Assembly: GCA_949286445.1 (NCBI GenBank)
Contig: CASECL010000032.1
Span: 1-36,180, forward strand
Length of the DNA stretch: 36,180 nucleotides
Reading direction: 5' to 3'
Source of the DNA: an uncultured bacterium
GTDB taxonomy: Bacteria; Verrucomicrobiota; Lentisphaeria; Victivallales; Victivallaceae
Numbering within the stretch: position 1 is the first letter of the stretch; each line of letters begins with the position of its first letter. This document shows, piece by piece, positions 16,656 to 25,748 of the stretch. The notes under the pieces are model-generated. The model saw nothing but the letters and a program-made list of their open reading frames with translations. It ran no database searches and had not been told where the DNA came from. The position numbers and the translations under genes were made by a program.

Positions 16656-17600
16656 TCAAAAGTCAAAAGTACCCTGAATGTTTTCCGGTTCTGGCTTTTT
16701 TTCTTCTTTTTTTTCTGTGGTACGCAGGGAATAAGACCCTTTTTCCGCGACTTCCACCTCGTGACGGAGTGAGAAGAGATCCATGTCATGGATCATAGTC
16801 CGGATTTTGTCCCACTCCGGTTTTTTCCGCACCAGTTTATCCGGAGAACTCCAGCGGAGAGGAAGATCATCACGCAAACGGATAAGTTTCTGATTGCGCA
16901 GTAAAATATCGCGGTTGGCAATTATTTTATCACGGAGTTTTTCATTGGCAATCTTTCCGGGATCGGCCAGCATGGCACTGATTGACTGATGTTCTGCCAG
17001 CAGTTTTGCCGCGGTTTTGGGACCCACCCCCGGCACGCCCTCAATATTGTCAGCCGAATCCCCCAGCAGGGAAAGATAGTCAATTATCTGATCCGGGCGG
17101 ACCTGGTACTTGCTTTCCACTCCGGAAACATCCCGCAATTCCAAACCTCCGGATGTCCCCGGCACCAGCATAGACACCCGGTCATTCACCAGCTGGGCAA
17201 GATCTTTATCTGAACTTACAATTTTAACCGGCTCTCCGGTATTTGCCGCCAGTGCCCCGATCAAGTCGTCCGCCTCATATTCCGGTTCTTCCCAGATCGG
17301 CCAGCCGAAGTATCCGGCTAATTCGCGGATCAGCGGCACCTGGATCTTCAGTTCCTCCGGCATCGGGGGGCGGTTCTGCTTGTATAAAGGTGCCAGCTCC
17401 TCCCGGAATTTAACCCGGCCGCAGTCAAAAACCAGTGCGCCGGGGTTATCCGGGTATTCGTGATGCAGTTTCAGCAGCAGACGGGCAAATACAAATAAAG
17501 CATTGGTAGGCGTGCCGTTGTGGCTGGTTAAGTTTCTTACTGCGTAAAACCCCCGGAAAATCTGGGAGTACGCATCAATCAGAATAATTTCACGGCTCAT
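16656..17600 (-). CDS. Stand-alone 5'-3' exonuclease / flap endonuclease (PolI N-terminal-domain homologue, Xni/ExoIX-like).
   Basis: MSREIILIDAYSQIFRGFYA..., the acidic metal-binding clusters ...SSDKDL... and GDSADNIEGVPGVGPKTAAKLL (H3TH) identify the 53EXO family. Its ATG overlaps the lpxB stop (ATGA), so the two are translationally coupled. Confidence 0.85.
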   Translation of the reverse strand: MSREIILIDAYSQIFRGFYAVRNLTSHNGTPTNALFVFARLLLKLHHEYPDNPGALVFDCGRVKFREELAPLYKQNRPPMPEELKIQVPLIRELAGYFGWPIWEEPEYEADDLIGALAANTGEPVKIVSSDKDLAQLVNDRVSMLVPGTSGGLELRDVSGVESKYQVRPDQIIDYLSLLGDSADNIEGVPGVGPKTAAKLLAEHQSISAMLADPGKIANEKLRDKIIANRDILLRNQKLIRLRDDLPLRWSSPDKLVRKKPEWDKIRTMIHDMDLFSLRHEVEVAEKGSYSLRTTEKKEEKKPEPENIQGTFDF

Positions 17601-18826
17601 TGCGGCAGCTCCTTTTTACTGCTGTTTTCCCCGTCTGCGGCACTGAGCTGCGGAACATCGGCTGCCGAGGCGGCTTCCCATACTTTTTCTGCCGCGTGGA
17701 AAGCGGCGTTGGAACTGCCGCATTTAAGCATATTTTTCACCTCAAGCATATCTTTTTCCACCTCTGTTCTGCGGCTGCCGCCGGGGAGAATTTCCTCAAT
17801 TGCCGGCACCAGATATTTGGGTTTGACCTTCCACTGGAGATATTCCCGGTAAACCTCTTTATCTGCGATAATATTGGTCATGGTGAAAAATCCCCGGTAA
17901 AGCCGCACCACCAGTGAAGCCAGCAATAAAGTTACCGTATTGAGTTTGTAAACCACCACCAGAGGCAATCCGGCCAGCGCACACTCCACGGTAACCGTTC
18001 CACTGGCGGCAATTCCGGTGCCTGCCTCCTGAAGCAGAGCTGCCGTTTCCCCGCAGCGGATCTCCAGCCCGGGGCATTCAGGATGCCGGCGGATAAAATC
18101 TTCATAAATATCCTGACACCTTGCCGCCACCTTTTCTCTGGGGGCAGACAATACAAAACGCAGGGCGGGGTGTTTTTCATGCAGAACACAAATAGTTTCC
18201 AGCATGGGATGCAGCAGCCGGTCAATTTCCATTTTCCGGCTTCCCGGCAGCAGCAGAAAAAGATTATCCTGCCGCGTCAGTTCCGGCCGGGTACGCGCTT
18301 CCACAATGTCCGCCAGCGGGTGGCCGACGAATTCCGCCCTGAGTCGGGTTTTGGCAAAAACTTCACACTCAAAGGGGAAAATCACCAGCATTTTGCTGCA
18401 GATTTTTGCCAGCACCGGCAGCCGCCATTTCCCCCAGACCCAGAGATGGGGGCAGACGTACCACACTACCCGGATGGAAGAAAAATACATTGCCAGGGCA
18501 AAAAGGAGATTGAAGCCGGGGTAATCAATCAGCACCACCGCATCCGGCCGTTCCCGCCGTGCGGTGCGCAGCAGCTGGAAAAAGATCTTTATAAAGGTAA
18601 AGATGTGTTTAAGTATCTCCACCACTCCGATGACGCCAAGTTCAGTTGAGTCAACGAGCAGACGGAAATCTTCCTGCGCCATTTTCGGTCCGCCCATACC
18701 GGAAACTTCCACCGGAACGGAATTAACTTTTCCCAGCCGGTGCAGTTCCCGGGTGAGCGCGGCTCCGTAAAGGTCGCCGGAGGCTTCCCCGGACAATATC
18801 CATATTTTTTTTGTATCGCTGTTCAT
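17597..18826 (-). CDS. lpxB: Lipid-A-disaccharide synthase
   Basis: I start it at the internal ATG (MNSDTKKIWILSGEASGDLYGAAL...), which is the canonical LpxB N-terminus. The upstream extension in the track ORF lacks homology. Length is about 409 aa, GT19-like. Confidence 0.85.
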   Translation of the reverse strand: MNSDTKKIWILSGEASGDLYGAALTRELHRLGKVNSVPVEVSGMGGPKMAQEDFRLLVDSTELGVIGVVEILKHIFTFIKIFFQLLRTARRERPDAVVLIDYPGFNLLFALAMYFSSIRVVWYVCPHLWVWGKWRLPVLAKICSKMLVIFPFECEVFAKTRLRAEFVGHPLADIVEARTRPELTRQDNLFLLLPGSRKMEIDRLLHPMLETICVLHEKHPALRFVLSAPREKVAARCQDIYEDFIRRHPECPGLEIRCGETAALLQEAGTGIAASGTVTVECALAGLPLVVVYKLNTVTLLLASLVVRLYRGFFTMTNIIADKEVYREYLQWKVKPKYLVPAIEEILPGGSRRTEVEKDMLEVKNMLKCGSSNAAFHAAEKVWEAASAADVPQLSAADGENSSKKELPQ

Positions 18827-19046
18827 AATTGGATAAAATGTACACGTTTTACCGCGTAAAGTCAAGCCGGATATGAAAAATTAAACCGAAAAAAAACTTT
18901 GCCCGAACTTGAAATTTCATCTTCATCATTATATAGTATTACGTCCGGAAACAGTTTCATCTGAATATACCGCCGCCCGGCTTGCGTGTCAGGGGTGCCG
19001 CAACTGGAGCCGCGGAAAACAACCCCGGTGGAAAGGCAGGACAGTA

Positions 19047-19601
19047 ATGAACATTCAAAACGCGTATTTTTTTCTGGCTGTTGCAGGATCGGTAATTTTT
19101 CTGGTTCAGTTTGTCATTACGCTGACCGGGATGGGGGGCGAAAGTGACCTTGGAGAAGTGGTGGATGGCTCCAGTACGGAAGTTGAGGTTTCAGATGCCG
19201 CGGACGCCAGCGGATTTAATTTCCTGTCTATAAAGACGATAACTTCTTTTGTAACCTTTTTCGGCTGGGGCGGTGTCTTCTGGGGTGATCGCGGATTGGC
19301 GGGGTTGTTTATCGCCATAGGTTGCGGTCTGGCGATGATGTTTATAACCGCTTTCATCCTTTCCATGCTGCTCAAGCTCCAGCAGTCCGGAAATATTACC
19401 GGGAAAGATTTTATCGGACAGCATGGCGTGGTGTATGTCAGTGTCCCCGCCGGGCGTACCGGACAGGGAAGGATCACCGTGGAATTTCCCGGCTGTACCC
19501 GTGAAGTTCAGGCACTTGCCGATGAGGAACTGCGTCAGGGTGAACCGGTTGAAGTGGTTGAAGCCCTCGGTCCGGAACTTTTTCTGGTGAAGAAAGCTTG
19601 A
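19047..19601 (+). CDS. NfeD-like membrane protein (short form), the partner of flotillin.
   Basis: Started at the ATG at 19047 (MNIQNAYFFLAVAGSVIFLVQF...). It has three predicted TM helices and a C-terminal OB-like beta domain (GRITVEFPG...GEPVEVVEA). Confidence 0.7.
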   Translation: MNIQNAYFFLAVAGSVIFLVQFVITLTGMGGESDLGEVVDGSSTEVEVSDAADASGFNFLSIKTITSFVTFFGWGGVFWGDRGLAGLFIAIGCGLAMMFITAFILSMLLKLQQSGNITGKDFIGQHGVVYVSVPAGRTGQGRITVEFPGCTREVQALADEELRQGEPVEVVEALGPELFLVKKA

Positions 19602-19838
19602 TCGCAAATTCCAGCGGCATGATTTACCGCGGGTGCTTTTTTCCTGCCGGGGGAAGGCGGGGAGGTGGAAACGGAAATAAAATTATTTACATAGTTTTGC
19701 CGTGGGCAGGATGGTTTTCAGAAAGAGATTTTTTCTGGAACTGATTTGTTGTTTTGAAAAAATCCGGATACCGGCGCAGTGTGCGTCGGAATAGATAAAG
19801 ATAAGTCCGGTTGAACGATAAAGTAAAAGTAAGGAGAG

Positions 19839-21305
19839 GTGGCCATGTATATTTTCTGGTTCGCTGTAATCGCCGCTCTGGTGGTGCTGTTGCTTTTTAT
19901 GTCCTGGGTATCATGGTATCGCAAATGTCCCTCCGACCGGATTATGATCATTTACGGAAAAACCGGCGGCGCGAACCAGCCGGCAAAGTGTATTCACGGC
20001 GGAGCTAAATTTGTCTGGCCGATTTTTCAGGATTACGGTTACATTTCATTGCGCCCGCTGCAGATTGTGGTGAATTTGGATAACGCACTCTGCAAACAGA
20101 ATATCCGTATCAATGTACCCAGTGTATTTACCGTCGGCGTCAGCACCCGTCCGGAAATCATGGGAAATGCGGCAGAAAGGCTTTTCGGTCAGCTGCCGGA
20201 GGCCATTGCCGAACTGGCACGGGATATTATTTTCGGTCAGCTGCGTCTGATTATTGCCTCCATGACGATTGAAGAGATCAACGCCGACCGGGAAACCTTT
20301 CTCCGGGCGGTTGAGGCCAACGTTTCAACAGAATTGAAAAAAATCGGTCTGGAACTGCTTAACGTAAATATTACCGACATTACCGATGCTTCCGGCTACA
20401 TTACCGCCATCGGACAGCGGGCTGCGGCCGAGGCGATCAACCGGGCCAAGATTGATGTGGCTGAAGAGGCGAAAAAAGGAAGTGTCGGTCAGGCTGAGGC
20501 CAAAAAATTGCAGGATATCGCGGTATCTGAAGCGGAAGCCGAAGCCGCCGCCGGTGTGGCCCGGGCGGAACGGGATCGCCGTATCGCGGTAAAAGAGGCG
20601 GATTCAGCGGCAACCCAGGGTGAAAACGTGGCGGCAATTGAGATAGCCAAATCCAACGCCACCCGGAGCGAACAGGAGGCGGAAGCCCACCGCCGCGCCG
20701 AGGCAGCCCGCCAGATCGCAGAAGCGGAAATTGAACGTGCCCGTTACGAAGCCGAGGCCAAAGCACAGGTGGCCAAGGCGTCAATGGAAATGGAAAAACA
20801 GCGCGCTGATGTTATCGTGGCAGCAGAAATCGCCCGCCAGAAAATAGAGATTGCCGCCAAAGCCGAGGCGGAAAAACGCCGCCTGGAGGCGGAGGGTGAA
20901 GCGGCCGCTATTTTTGCCAAACTCAATGCCGAGGCAAAAGGTAATTTTGAAATTCTCAAGGCAAAAGGCGAAGGTTACCGTTCCATCGTTGAATCCTGCG
21001 GCAATAATGCCAATGATGCCGGCAAATTGCTTTTGATTGAAAAACTTGAAGAAATCGTAAAATTGCAGACCGAAGCAATCCGGAATATCAAGATTGACAA
21101 GGTCACGGTATGGGATGGCGGCAAGGGAGCAAATGGACAGAGTTCCACGGCAAATTTTCTTAGCGGAATGGTCCAGAGCCTGCCGCCGCTTCATGAAGTA
21201 ACTAAAATGGCGGGAGTGGAACTGCCGGATTATCTCGGCAGTGTGAGTGCGGAGCAAGACGGTAGAAAAGCCGCTGCCGACGCCGCTGCCCCAACGAAAG
21301 GATAG
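19839..21305 (+). CDS. Flotillin-like SPFH/band-7 protein (FloT/YuaG-type)
   Basis: Strong RBS aaggagaggtgg. N-terminal TM helix, then an SPFH domain, then a long EA-rich coiled-coil (AEAEAAAGVARAERDRRIAVKEA...) typical of flotillins. Confidence 0.85.
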   Translation: MAMYIFWFAVIAALVVLLLFMSWVSWYRKCPSDRIMIIYGKTGGANQPAKCIHGGAKFVWPIFQDYGYISLRPLQIVVNLDNALCKQNIRINVPSVFTVGVSTRPEIMGNAAERLFGQLPEAIAELARDIIFGQLRLIIASMTIEEINADRETFLRAVEANVSTELKKIGLELLNVNITDITDASGYITAIGQRAAAEAINRAKIDVAEEAKKGSVGQAEAKKLQDIAVSEAEAEAAAGVARAERDRRIAVKEADSAATQGENVAAIEIAKSNATRSEQEAEAHRRAEAARQIAEAEIERARYEAEAKAQVAKASMEMEKQRADVIVAAEIARQKIEIAAKAEAEKRRLEAEGEAAAIFAKLNAEAKGNFEILKAKGEGYRSIVESCGNNANDAGKLLLIEKLEEIVKLQTEAIRNIKIDKVTVWDGGKGANGQSSTANFLSGMVQSLPPLHEVTKMAGVELPDYLGSVSAEQDGRKAAADAAAPTKG

Positions 21306-21308
21306 TTT

Positions 21309-21737
21309 ATGATTATAAAGCAGTTATCTCTTTTTGTGGAAAATCGTCCCGGCAGTCTTAATGAGGTCTGCCGGGTATTGAAGGACAATAATATAAATAT
21401 CAACACCCTTTCTCTGGCAGACACCAAAGAATTCGGCATCCTCCGTCTGCTCATCGGCGAACATGAGAAAGCCAGAAAAGTCCTGGAAGAAAAAGGGTTT
21501 GTAGTTAAAGAAACTGATGTTCTGGCTCTGCCGGTATCCGATTGCCCCGGCGGGCTGGCGGAATTGCTGGAAGCCTTTGACCGGCGCAATATCAGTGTGG
21601 AATATATGTACGCTTTTCCCTCCGGCAAAGGCGGCAAGGCGGTGATGGTTTTCCGTTTTGAAGATACCGGCAAGGCAGTGGAGGCCTTGGAGCTTGAGGG
21701 GTTGAAGCCCTTTGATGATGTGGAACTTTTTAAGTAA
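21309..21737 (+). CDS. ACT-domain protein, a small tandem-ACT putative ligand-binding regulator.
   Basis: 142 aa. MIIKQLSLFVENRPGSLNEVCRVLKDNNINI... and the second half VLALPVSDCPGGLAELLEAFDRRNISVEY follow the beta-alpha-beta-beta-alpha-beta ACT pattern. The start is 3 nt after the flotillin stop. Confidence 0.7.
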   Translation: MIIKQLSLFVENRPGSLNEVCRVLKDNNININTLSLADTKEFGILRLLIGEHEKARKVLEEKGFVVKETDVLALPVSDCPGGLAELLEAFDRRNISVEYMYAFPSGKGGKAVMVFRFEDTGKAVEALELEGLKPFDDVELFK

Positions 21738-21835
21738 TCTCCTTTAATTTTGGAAGAGAATAAATAAAAACCGCATGGATACGGCGGGAATAAAAAACAG
21801 GAAACCGGACAATTGCTCCGGGAGAATTTTATTTT

Positions 21836-22729
21836 ATGGAAAAAAATCTTTTTAATTTCAAAAATTTCACCGCGGCGGATTTTGACGCGGTGTTCAAACT
21901 GGCATTCAAACTTAAAAAAGAACGCGGCAAAGTTGATTTTAAACCCCTGGCGGGCAAGAGTATCGGCATGATTTTTGCCAAATCCTCCACCCGGACGAGA
22001 GTTTCTTTTGAAGTAGGGATTTCTGAACTCGGCGGCAATGCGCTTTATCTGGATCAGAGCAAGATGCAGGTGGGGCGGGGCGAGACAGTTACCGATACTG
22101 CCAAAGTATTGAGCCGTTACCTTCACGGCATTGTGATAAGAACCTTTCTCCAGTCGGATGTGGAGGAGCTTGGCACTGCCGGCAGCATACCGGTTATCAA
22201 TGCCCTGACCGATGATTACCACCCCTGCCAGATACTGGCGGACCTGATGACTGTTATTGAATATTCCGGCAAAATCGAAGGAACCAAGATGGTATTTTTC
22301 GGGGATGGACGGTGCAATATTGCCAATTCTCTGATTGAAAGCGCGCGTATTCTGGGCTATCAGCTGGTAATTGCCGCTCCGGAGGCTTACGCTCCCGATC
22401 CGGCGGTAACGCTGAATTCACCCTGGATTATACATGAAACAGATCCCTTGAAGGCGGCAAAAGATGCAGATTATCTTTATACCGATGTATTTGTCAGCAT
22501 GGGATTTGAAGAAGAGTCCGCAGAACGCATGAAATTGCTCCGTCCTTATCAGGTCAATATGAAAGTCGCCTCTCAGGCCAAGAAAACGGTTAAGTTCCTG
22601 CACTGCCTGCCGGCGCACCGGGACGAGGAAGTATCCGGAGAGATACTGGATTCGGATATGTCGATTGTGTTTGATGAAGCGGAAAACCGTCTCCATGTTC
22701 AAAAGGCGGTTATGGCCATGTTGATGTAA
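21836..22729 (+). CDS. argF: Ornithine carbamoyltransferase (anabolic ArgF, or catabolic/other OTCase-family)
   Basis: Carbamoyl-phosphate site SSTRTRVSFE, HPCQ, the ornithine-binding loop DVFVSMG and HCLPAHRDEEV are all OTCase-family signatures. At 297 aa it is on the short side. Confidence 0.8.
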   Translation: MEKNLFNFKNFTAADFDAVFKLAFKLKKERGKVDFKPLAGKSIGMIFAKSSTRTRVSFEVGISELGGNALYLDQSKMQVGRGETVTDTAKVLSRYLHGIVIRTFLQSDVEELGTAGSIPVINALTDDYHPCQILADLMTVIEYSGKIEGTKMVFFGDGRCNIANSLIESARILGYQLVIAAPEAYAPDPAVTLNSPWIIHETDPLKAAKDADYLYTDVFVSMGFEEESAERMKLLRPYQVNMKVASQAKKTVKFLHCLPAHRDEEVSGEILDSDMSIVFDEAENRLHVQKAVMAMLM

Positions 22730-22776
22730 GTTTTTTTGAAAGATTATTTATCAGATTTTATTAAGGGCACTGTATA

Positions 22777-23913
22777 ATGAGAAAAGATTTTTTGCCTTTC
22801 ACCCGCCCGGCGGTGAATGAGGATGATATTCAGGCGGTGACCGATACACTGCGTTCCGGCTGGCTGGCCAGTGGGCCGGCCAATGCCGCGCTGGAAGAGG
22901 CTATGTGTAAATTGACCGGCAATAAATACGCCGTGGCGGTATCTTCGGCCACTGCGGCGATGCATTTGCTGCTTGAAGTGCTCCATATCGGGCCGGGAGA
23001 CGAAGTCGTTACCCCTTCCATGACCTGGGTGTCAATGGTTAACATGATTGTACTGCGCGGGGCGACTCCGGTATTTGCCGAAATTGACCGTGAAACCATG
23101 CTGGTTCAACCGGAATCCATCCGGGAAAAGATCACCCCCCGCACCCGTTTGATTGTCCCGGTGCATTTTGCCGGAGCGGCGGCGGATATGGATGCCATAC
23201 GCGAGGCAGCTGGAAATATCATGGTGGTGGAAGATGCCGCCCATGCGCTGGGTACTTATTACAAAGGACGCCACGCCGGAAACAGCGGTTCGGCGATTTT
23301 CAGTTTCCACGCCATTAAAAATGTTACCACCGGCGAAGGCGGTATGTTTGTTACCGATGATAAAGAAATGGCAGATGCGGTCCGCCGCTGGAAATTCCAC
23401 GGGCTTGGAGTGGATGCTTTTGACCGTCTTAACAAAGGGCGTTCGCCCCAGGCCGAAGTGATAGAGCCGGGATATAAGTACAATTTGAGCGATATTTGCG
23501 CCTCTCTGGGGGTAAGTCAGCTCAAGCGGCTTGAAAATATCAATGCCGCACGCAGAGAGCTGGCTGTGCGTTATCTGGAATTGTTCCGGGATATTCCGGA
23601 AATCCGTCCTCTTGGCATGCCGGATTATGATTTTGTCCATGCCTGGCATCTTTTTGTGGTACGGGTGGATTCGCCCAAGGTTGACCGCAATACTTTTATG
23701 AATGAGTTGAAAAAGCTTAATATCGGAACCGGTCTGCATTTCCGCTGTGCCCATCTGCAGAAGTATTACCGTGAACAGATGGGATATAAACCTGGTCTGT
23801 TGCCCAATACGGAATACAACAGTGACCATATCTGTTCTCTGCCGCTTTTCCCGGATATGACAGAAAAAGATGTTGAAGATGTGGTTGAAGCGATAAAAGA
23901 GGTGATCAAGTGA
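22777..23913 (+). CDS. arnB: UDP-4-amino-4-deoxy-L-arabinose--oxoglutarate aminotransferase-like (DegT/ArnB family, PLP-dependent)
   Basis: It shares long blocks with proteobacterial ArnB as I recall it: FLPFTRPA, AVSSATAAMH, TPSMTWVSMVNM, PVHFAGAAADMDAI, EDAAHALGTYYKGRHAGNSGSAIFSFHAIKN, KFHGLGVDAFDR, PQAEVIEPGYKYNLSDI, HAWHLFVVRVD, GTGLHFRCAHLQKYYRE and LPNTEYNSDHICSLPLFPDMT. Confidence 0.88.
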   Translation: MRKDFLPFTRPAVNEDDIQAVTDTLRSGWLASGPANAALEEAMCKLTGNKYAVAVSSATAAMHLLLEVLHIGPGDEVVTPSMTWVSMVNMIVLRGATPVFAEIDRETMLVQPESIREKITPRTRLIVPVHFAGAAADMDAIREAAGNIMVVEDAAHALGTYYKGRHAGNSGSAIFSFHAIKNVTTGEGGMFVTDDKEMADAVRRWKFHGLGVDAFDRLNKGRSPQAEVIEPGYKYNLSDICASLGVSQLKRLENINAARRELAVRYLELFRDIPEIRPLGMPDYDFVHAWHLFVVRVDSPKVDRNTFMNELKKLNIGTGLHFRCAHLQKYYREQMGYKPGLLPNTEYNSDHICSLPLFPDMTEKDVEDVVEAIKEVIK

Positions 23914-25748
23914 AGATATCCGGAGAAAAGAGCATCCGGTACGGCCGTCTGCTGCTCTTTATTGTATCGGCGTTCGGATTGCTGATTTTTCTGGGATTGG
24001 CTCCGCTGTGGGGATCGGAAGACCGCTGGGCGGAAATCAGCCGGGAAATGCTGCTGTATCATGACTTTCTTCATCCGGCGATAAATGGTGAAATATATTT
24101 TGACAAACCGCAGCTTTCTTATTGGCTGATTGTGCTTTTCGGCTGGATCAGCGGAGTGCTGAATGAGTTTGTGGTGCGTCTGCCGAGCGCGCTGGCCGGA
24201 CTGGCCGCGCTGGCCGGGGTGTGGTGGCTGGGAAAATGCCTTTATGATGAGAAAACCGCCAATCTGGCTGCCTGGGTGATGCTGGGTTGTTACGGCTTCC
24301 TTTTCTGGGCCCGGAGCGGGGCGGCGGATATGGCCAATGTGGCGGCAATAACGCTGGCGATGGCGTTTTTCATTGAACGGAAAAACAAGAGCGGTTTTTT
24401 CTCTTATTTCATCTTTTATCTTATCTGCGCTCTGGGCGCGCTGACCAAGGGACTGCCGGCACTGGTAATGCCTTTTGTGCTGATAGCTCCGTTCCTCTGG
24501 AGGGACGGAGAATGGAAGAAGCATTTGAAATGGAGCAATCTGGCCGCCTTTATCCTGGCTATGGCAATCTATCTTCTGCCGTTTTATCTGGCGGCAACCA
24601 TGGCTACTCCGGAATTTTACACCCGCCCGGCTCATACGGCAGAAACCGGAAGCTGGTGCTGCGCGGTGAAAAAATACCTGCCGCTCTGCGAAATACTGCC
24701 GGACGGCACCCATAATTTGACCGGCTTCGGGCTGGTGGTGCGGGAAAATCTGGTCAGGGTGTTCAAACCCTTTGATCATGATGATGAACCGTTCTTCTGC
24801 TATGTTTATCATCTGCCGCGGATTATGCTGCCTTTGGCTCCGCTTTTTATTCTGGCTCTGGCCGGGTTTGTAAAACGCCGGAAAACACTCAGCGCAAATA
24901 CCCGCGATCTGCTGTGGGGGGCAGCGTTGATGTTTGTACTGTTTTCGCTTTCCGGGTCGAGACGCTGGTACTATATTCTGCCCTTGCTGGCACCGTGTAC
25001 TTTATTGACAGCAGTCGCTTTTTCCCGGACGGAGGAGGAGGGGGTGGAAAAATGGAATGCAATTGCGATAAAATTGTACCGGTATTTATTGATCACAACC
25101 GGCTCACTGGCAGTGCTCAGTCTGATGCTTTATCCGGTATGGCGGCGGGTTTTGCCGGTGGCTCCGCCGTTGCTTTTCCTGATCGCACTGCCTTTGTTTG
25201 GAGTGATCGGTATGTTGCTGCTTTTTCTGGATGAGGTGGGTGAACGGGATATTATCGGAAAAATCTTTAATCTTCCCCGCCGTCCGGCGGCGGTAATAGT
25301 TGTTGCCGCGCTTTTTACTATCGGCGTATTCAGCTGTCTGGTTCCGTCGATGTGGACATTGCGCAAAGAACGTGATTTTATCCGCGGGGTGACTGCATCT
25401 CTGCATGGGAGTATCGCTCCGGAACAGGTATTTCTCTGGAATCACGAACCCAATGCCAGACTGGTTTTCTATCTTGATTATCCCCGTCCGGTGAAAGTGG
25501 GATTTAAAACCGGAGATCTCAAGCGTTTCATGAAGGATAACGCAGGGCGGAAAGTTATGCTTATAACTTACACCCGGAAACGTAATATGGAAAGTTTTCA
25601 GGCCGCGGTAAAAGAACTCGGGCTGGATATCAATATAAATGAGCCGTCTTACCGTGAGCCGCGCGAATCGTATGAGTCGCGCAAGTCAAGAAAATTGCAT
25701 ATCTGGATAAAGAAAGCAGAAGATAATGGAAAAGAACAAGATAATTGA
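23910..25748 (+). CDS. arnT: ArnT-like GT83 glycosyltransferase, a polyprenyl-phosphate-sugar to lipid A/glycolipid transferase in the PMT/ArnT family.
   Basis: GTG start overlapping the arnB stop (GTGA). About 12 TM helices. The periplasmic-loop motif SEDRWAEISREM matches the ArnT DExRYAEIxREM signature. Confidence 0.8.
   Translation: MKISGEKSIRYGRLLLFIVSAFGLLIFLGLAPLWGSEDRWAEISREMLLYHDFLHPAINGEIYFDKPQLSYWLIVLFGWISGVLNEFVVRLPSALAGLAALAGVWWLGKCLYDEKTANLAAWVMLGCYGFLFWARSGAADMANVAAITLAMAFFIERKNKSGFFSYFIFYLICALGALTKGLPALVMPFVLIAPFLWRDGEWKKHLKWSNLAAFILAMAIYLLPFYLAATMATPEFYTRPAHTAETGSWCCAVKKYLPLCEILPDGTHNLTGFGLVVRENLVRVFKPFDHDDEPFFCYVYHLPRIMLPLAPLFILALAGFVKRRKTLSANTRDLLWGAALMFVLFSLSGSRRWYYILPLLAPCTLLTAVAFSRTEEEGVEKWNAIAIKLYRYLLITTGSLAVLSLMLYPVWRRVLPVAPPLLFLIALPLFGVIGMLLLFLDEVGERDIIGKIFNLPRRPAAVIVVAALFTIGVFSCLVPSMWTLRKERDFIRGVTASLHGSIAPEQVFLWNHEPNARLVFYLDYPRPVKVGFKTGDLKRFMKDNAGRKVMLITYTRKRNMESFQAAVKELGLDININEPSYREPRESYESRKSRKLHIWIKKAEDNGKEQDN

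Noticed and set aside
16538-16789. 83-aa minus-strand ORF overlapping the 3' end of the exonuclease gene
   Set aside because: It overlaps the exonuclease C-terminus in another frame. It is driven by the K/E-rich tail (aaagaagaaaaaa) and has no independent support.
19609-19645. Possible intrinsic terminator after nfeD (gcgg...ccgc stem followed by a T6 run)
   Set aside because: The stem is only 4 bp and the T-run is offset from it. It is too weak to call, so the long nfeD-flotillin spacer remains unexplained.
21230-22222. 330-aa minus-strand ORF spanning the flotillin end, the ACT gene and the argF start
   Set aside because: It crosses three well-supported plus-strand genes and an intergenic region. 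Its composition is non-protein-like.
23032-24812. Two long minus-strand ORFs (265 aa and 348 aa) overlapping arnB/arnT
   Set aside because: The sense strand encodes proteins with unmistakable ArnB and ArnT motifs. The antisense ORFs are low-complexity (R/H/Q/P-rich) with no support.
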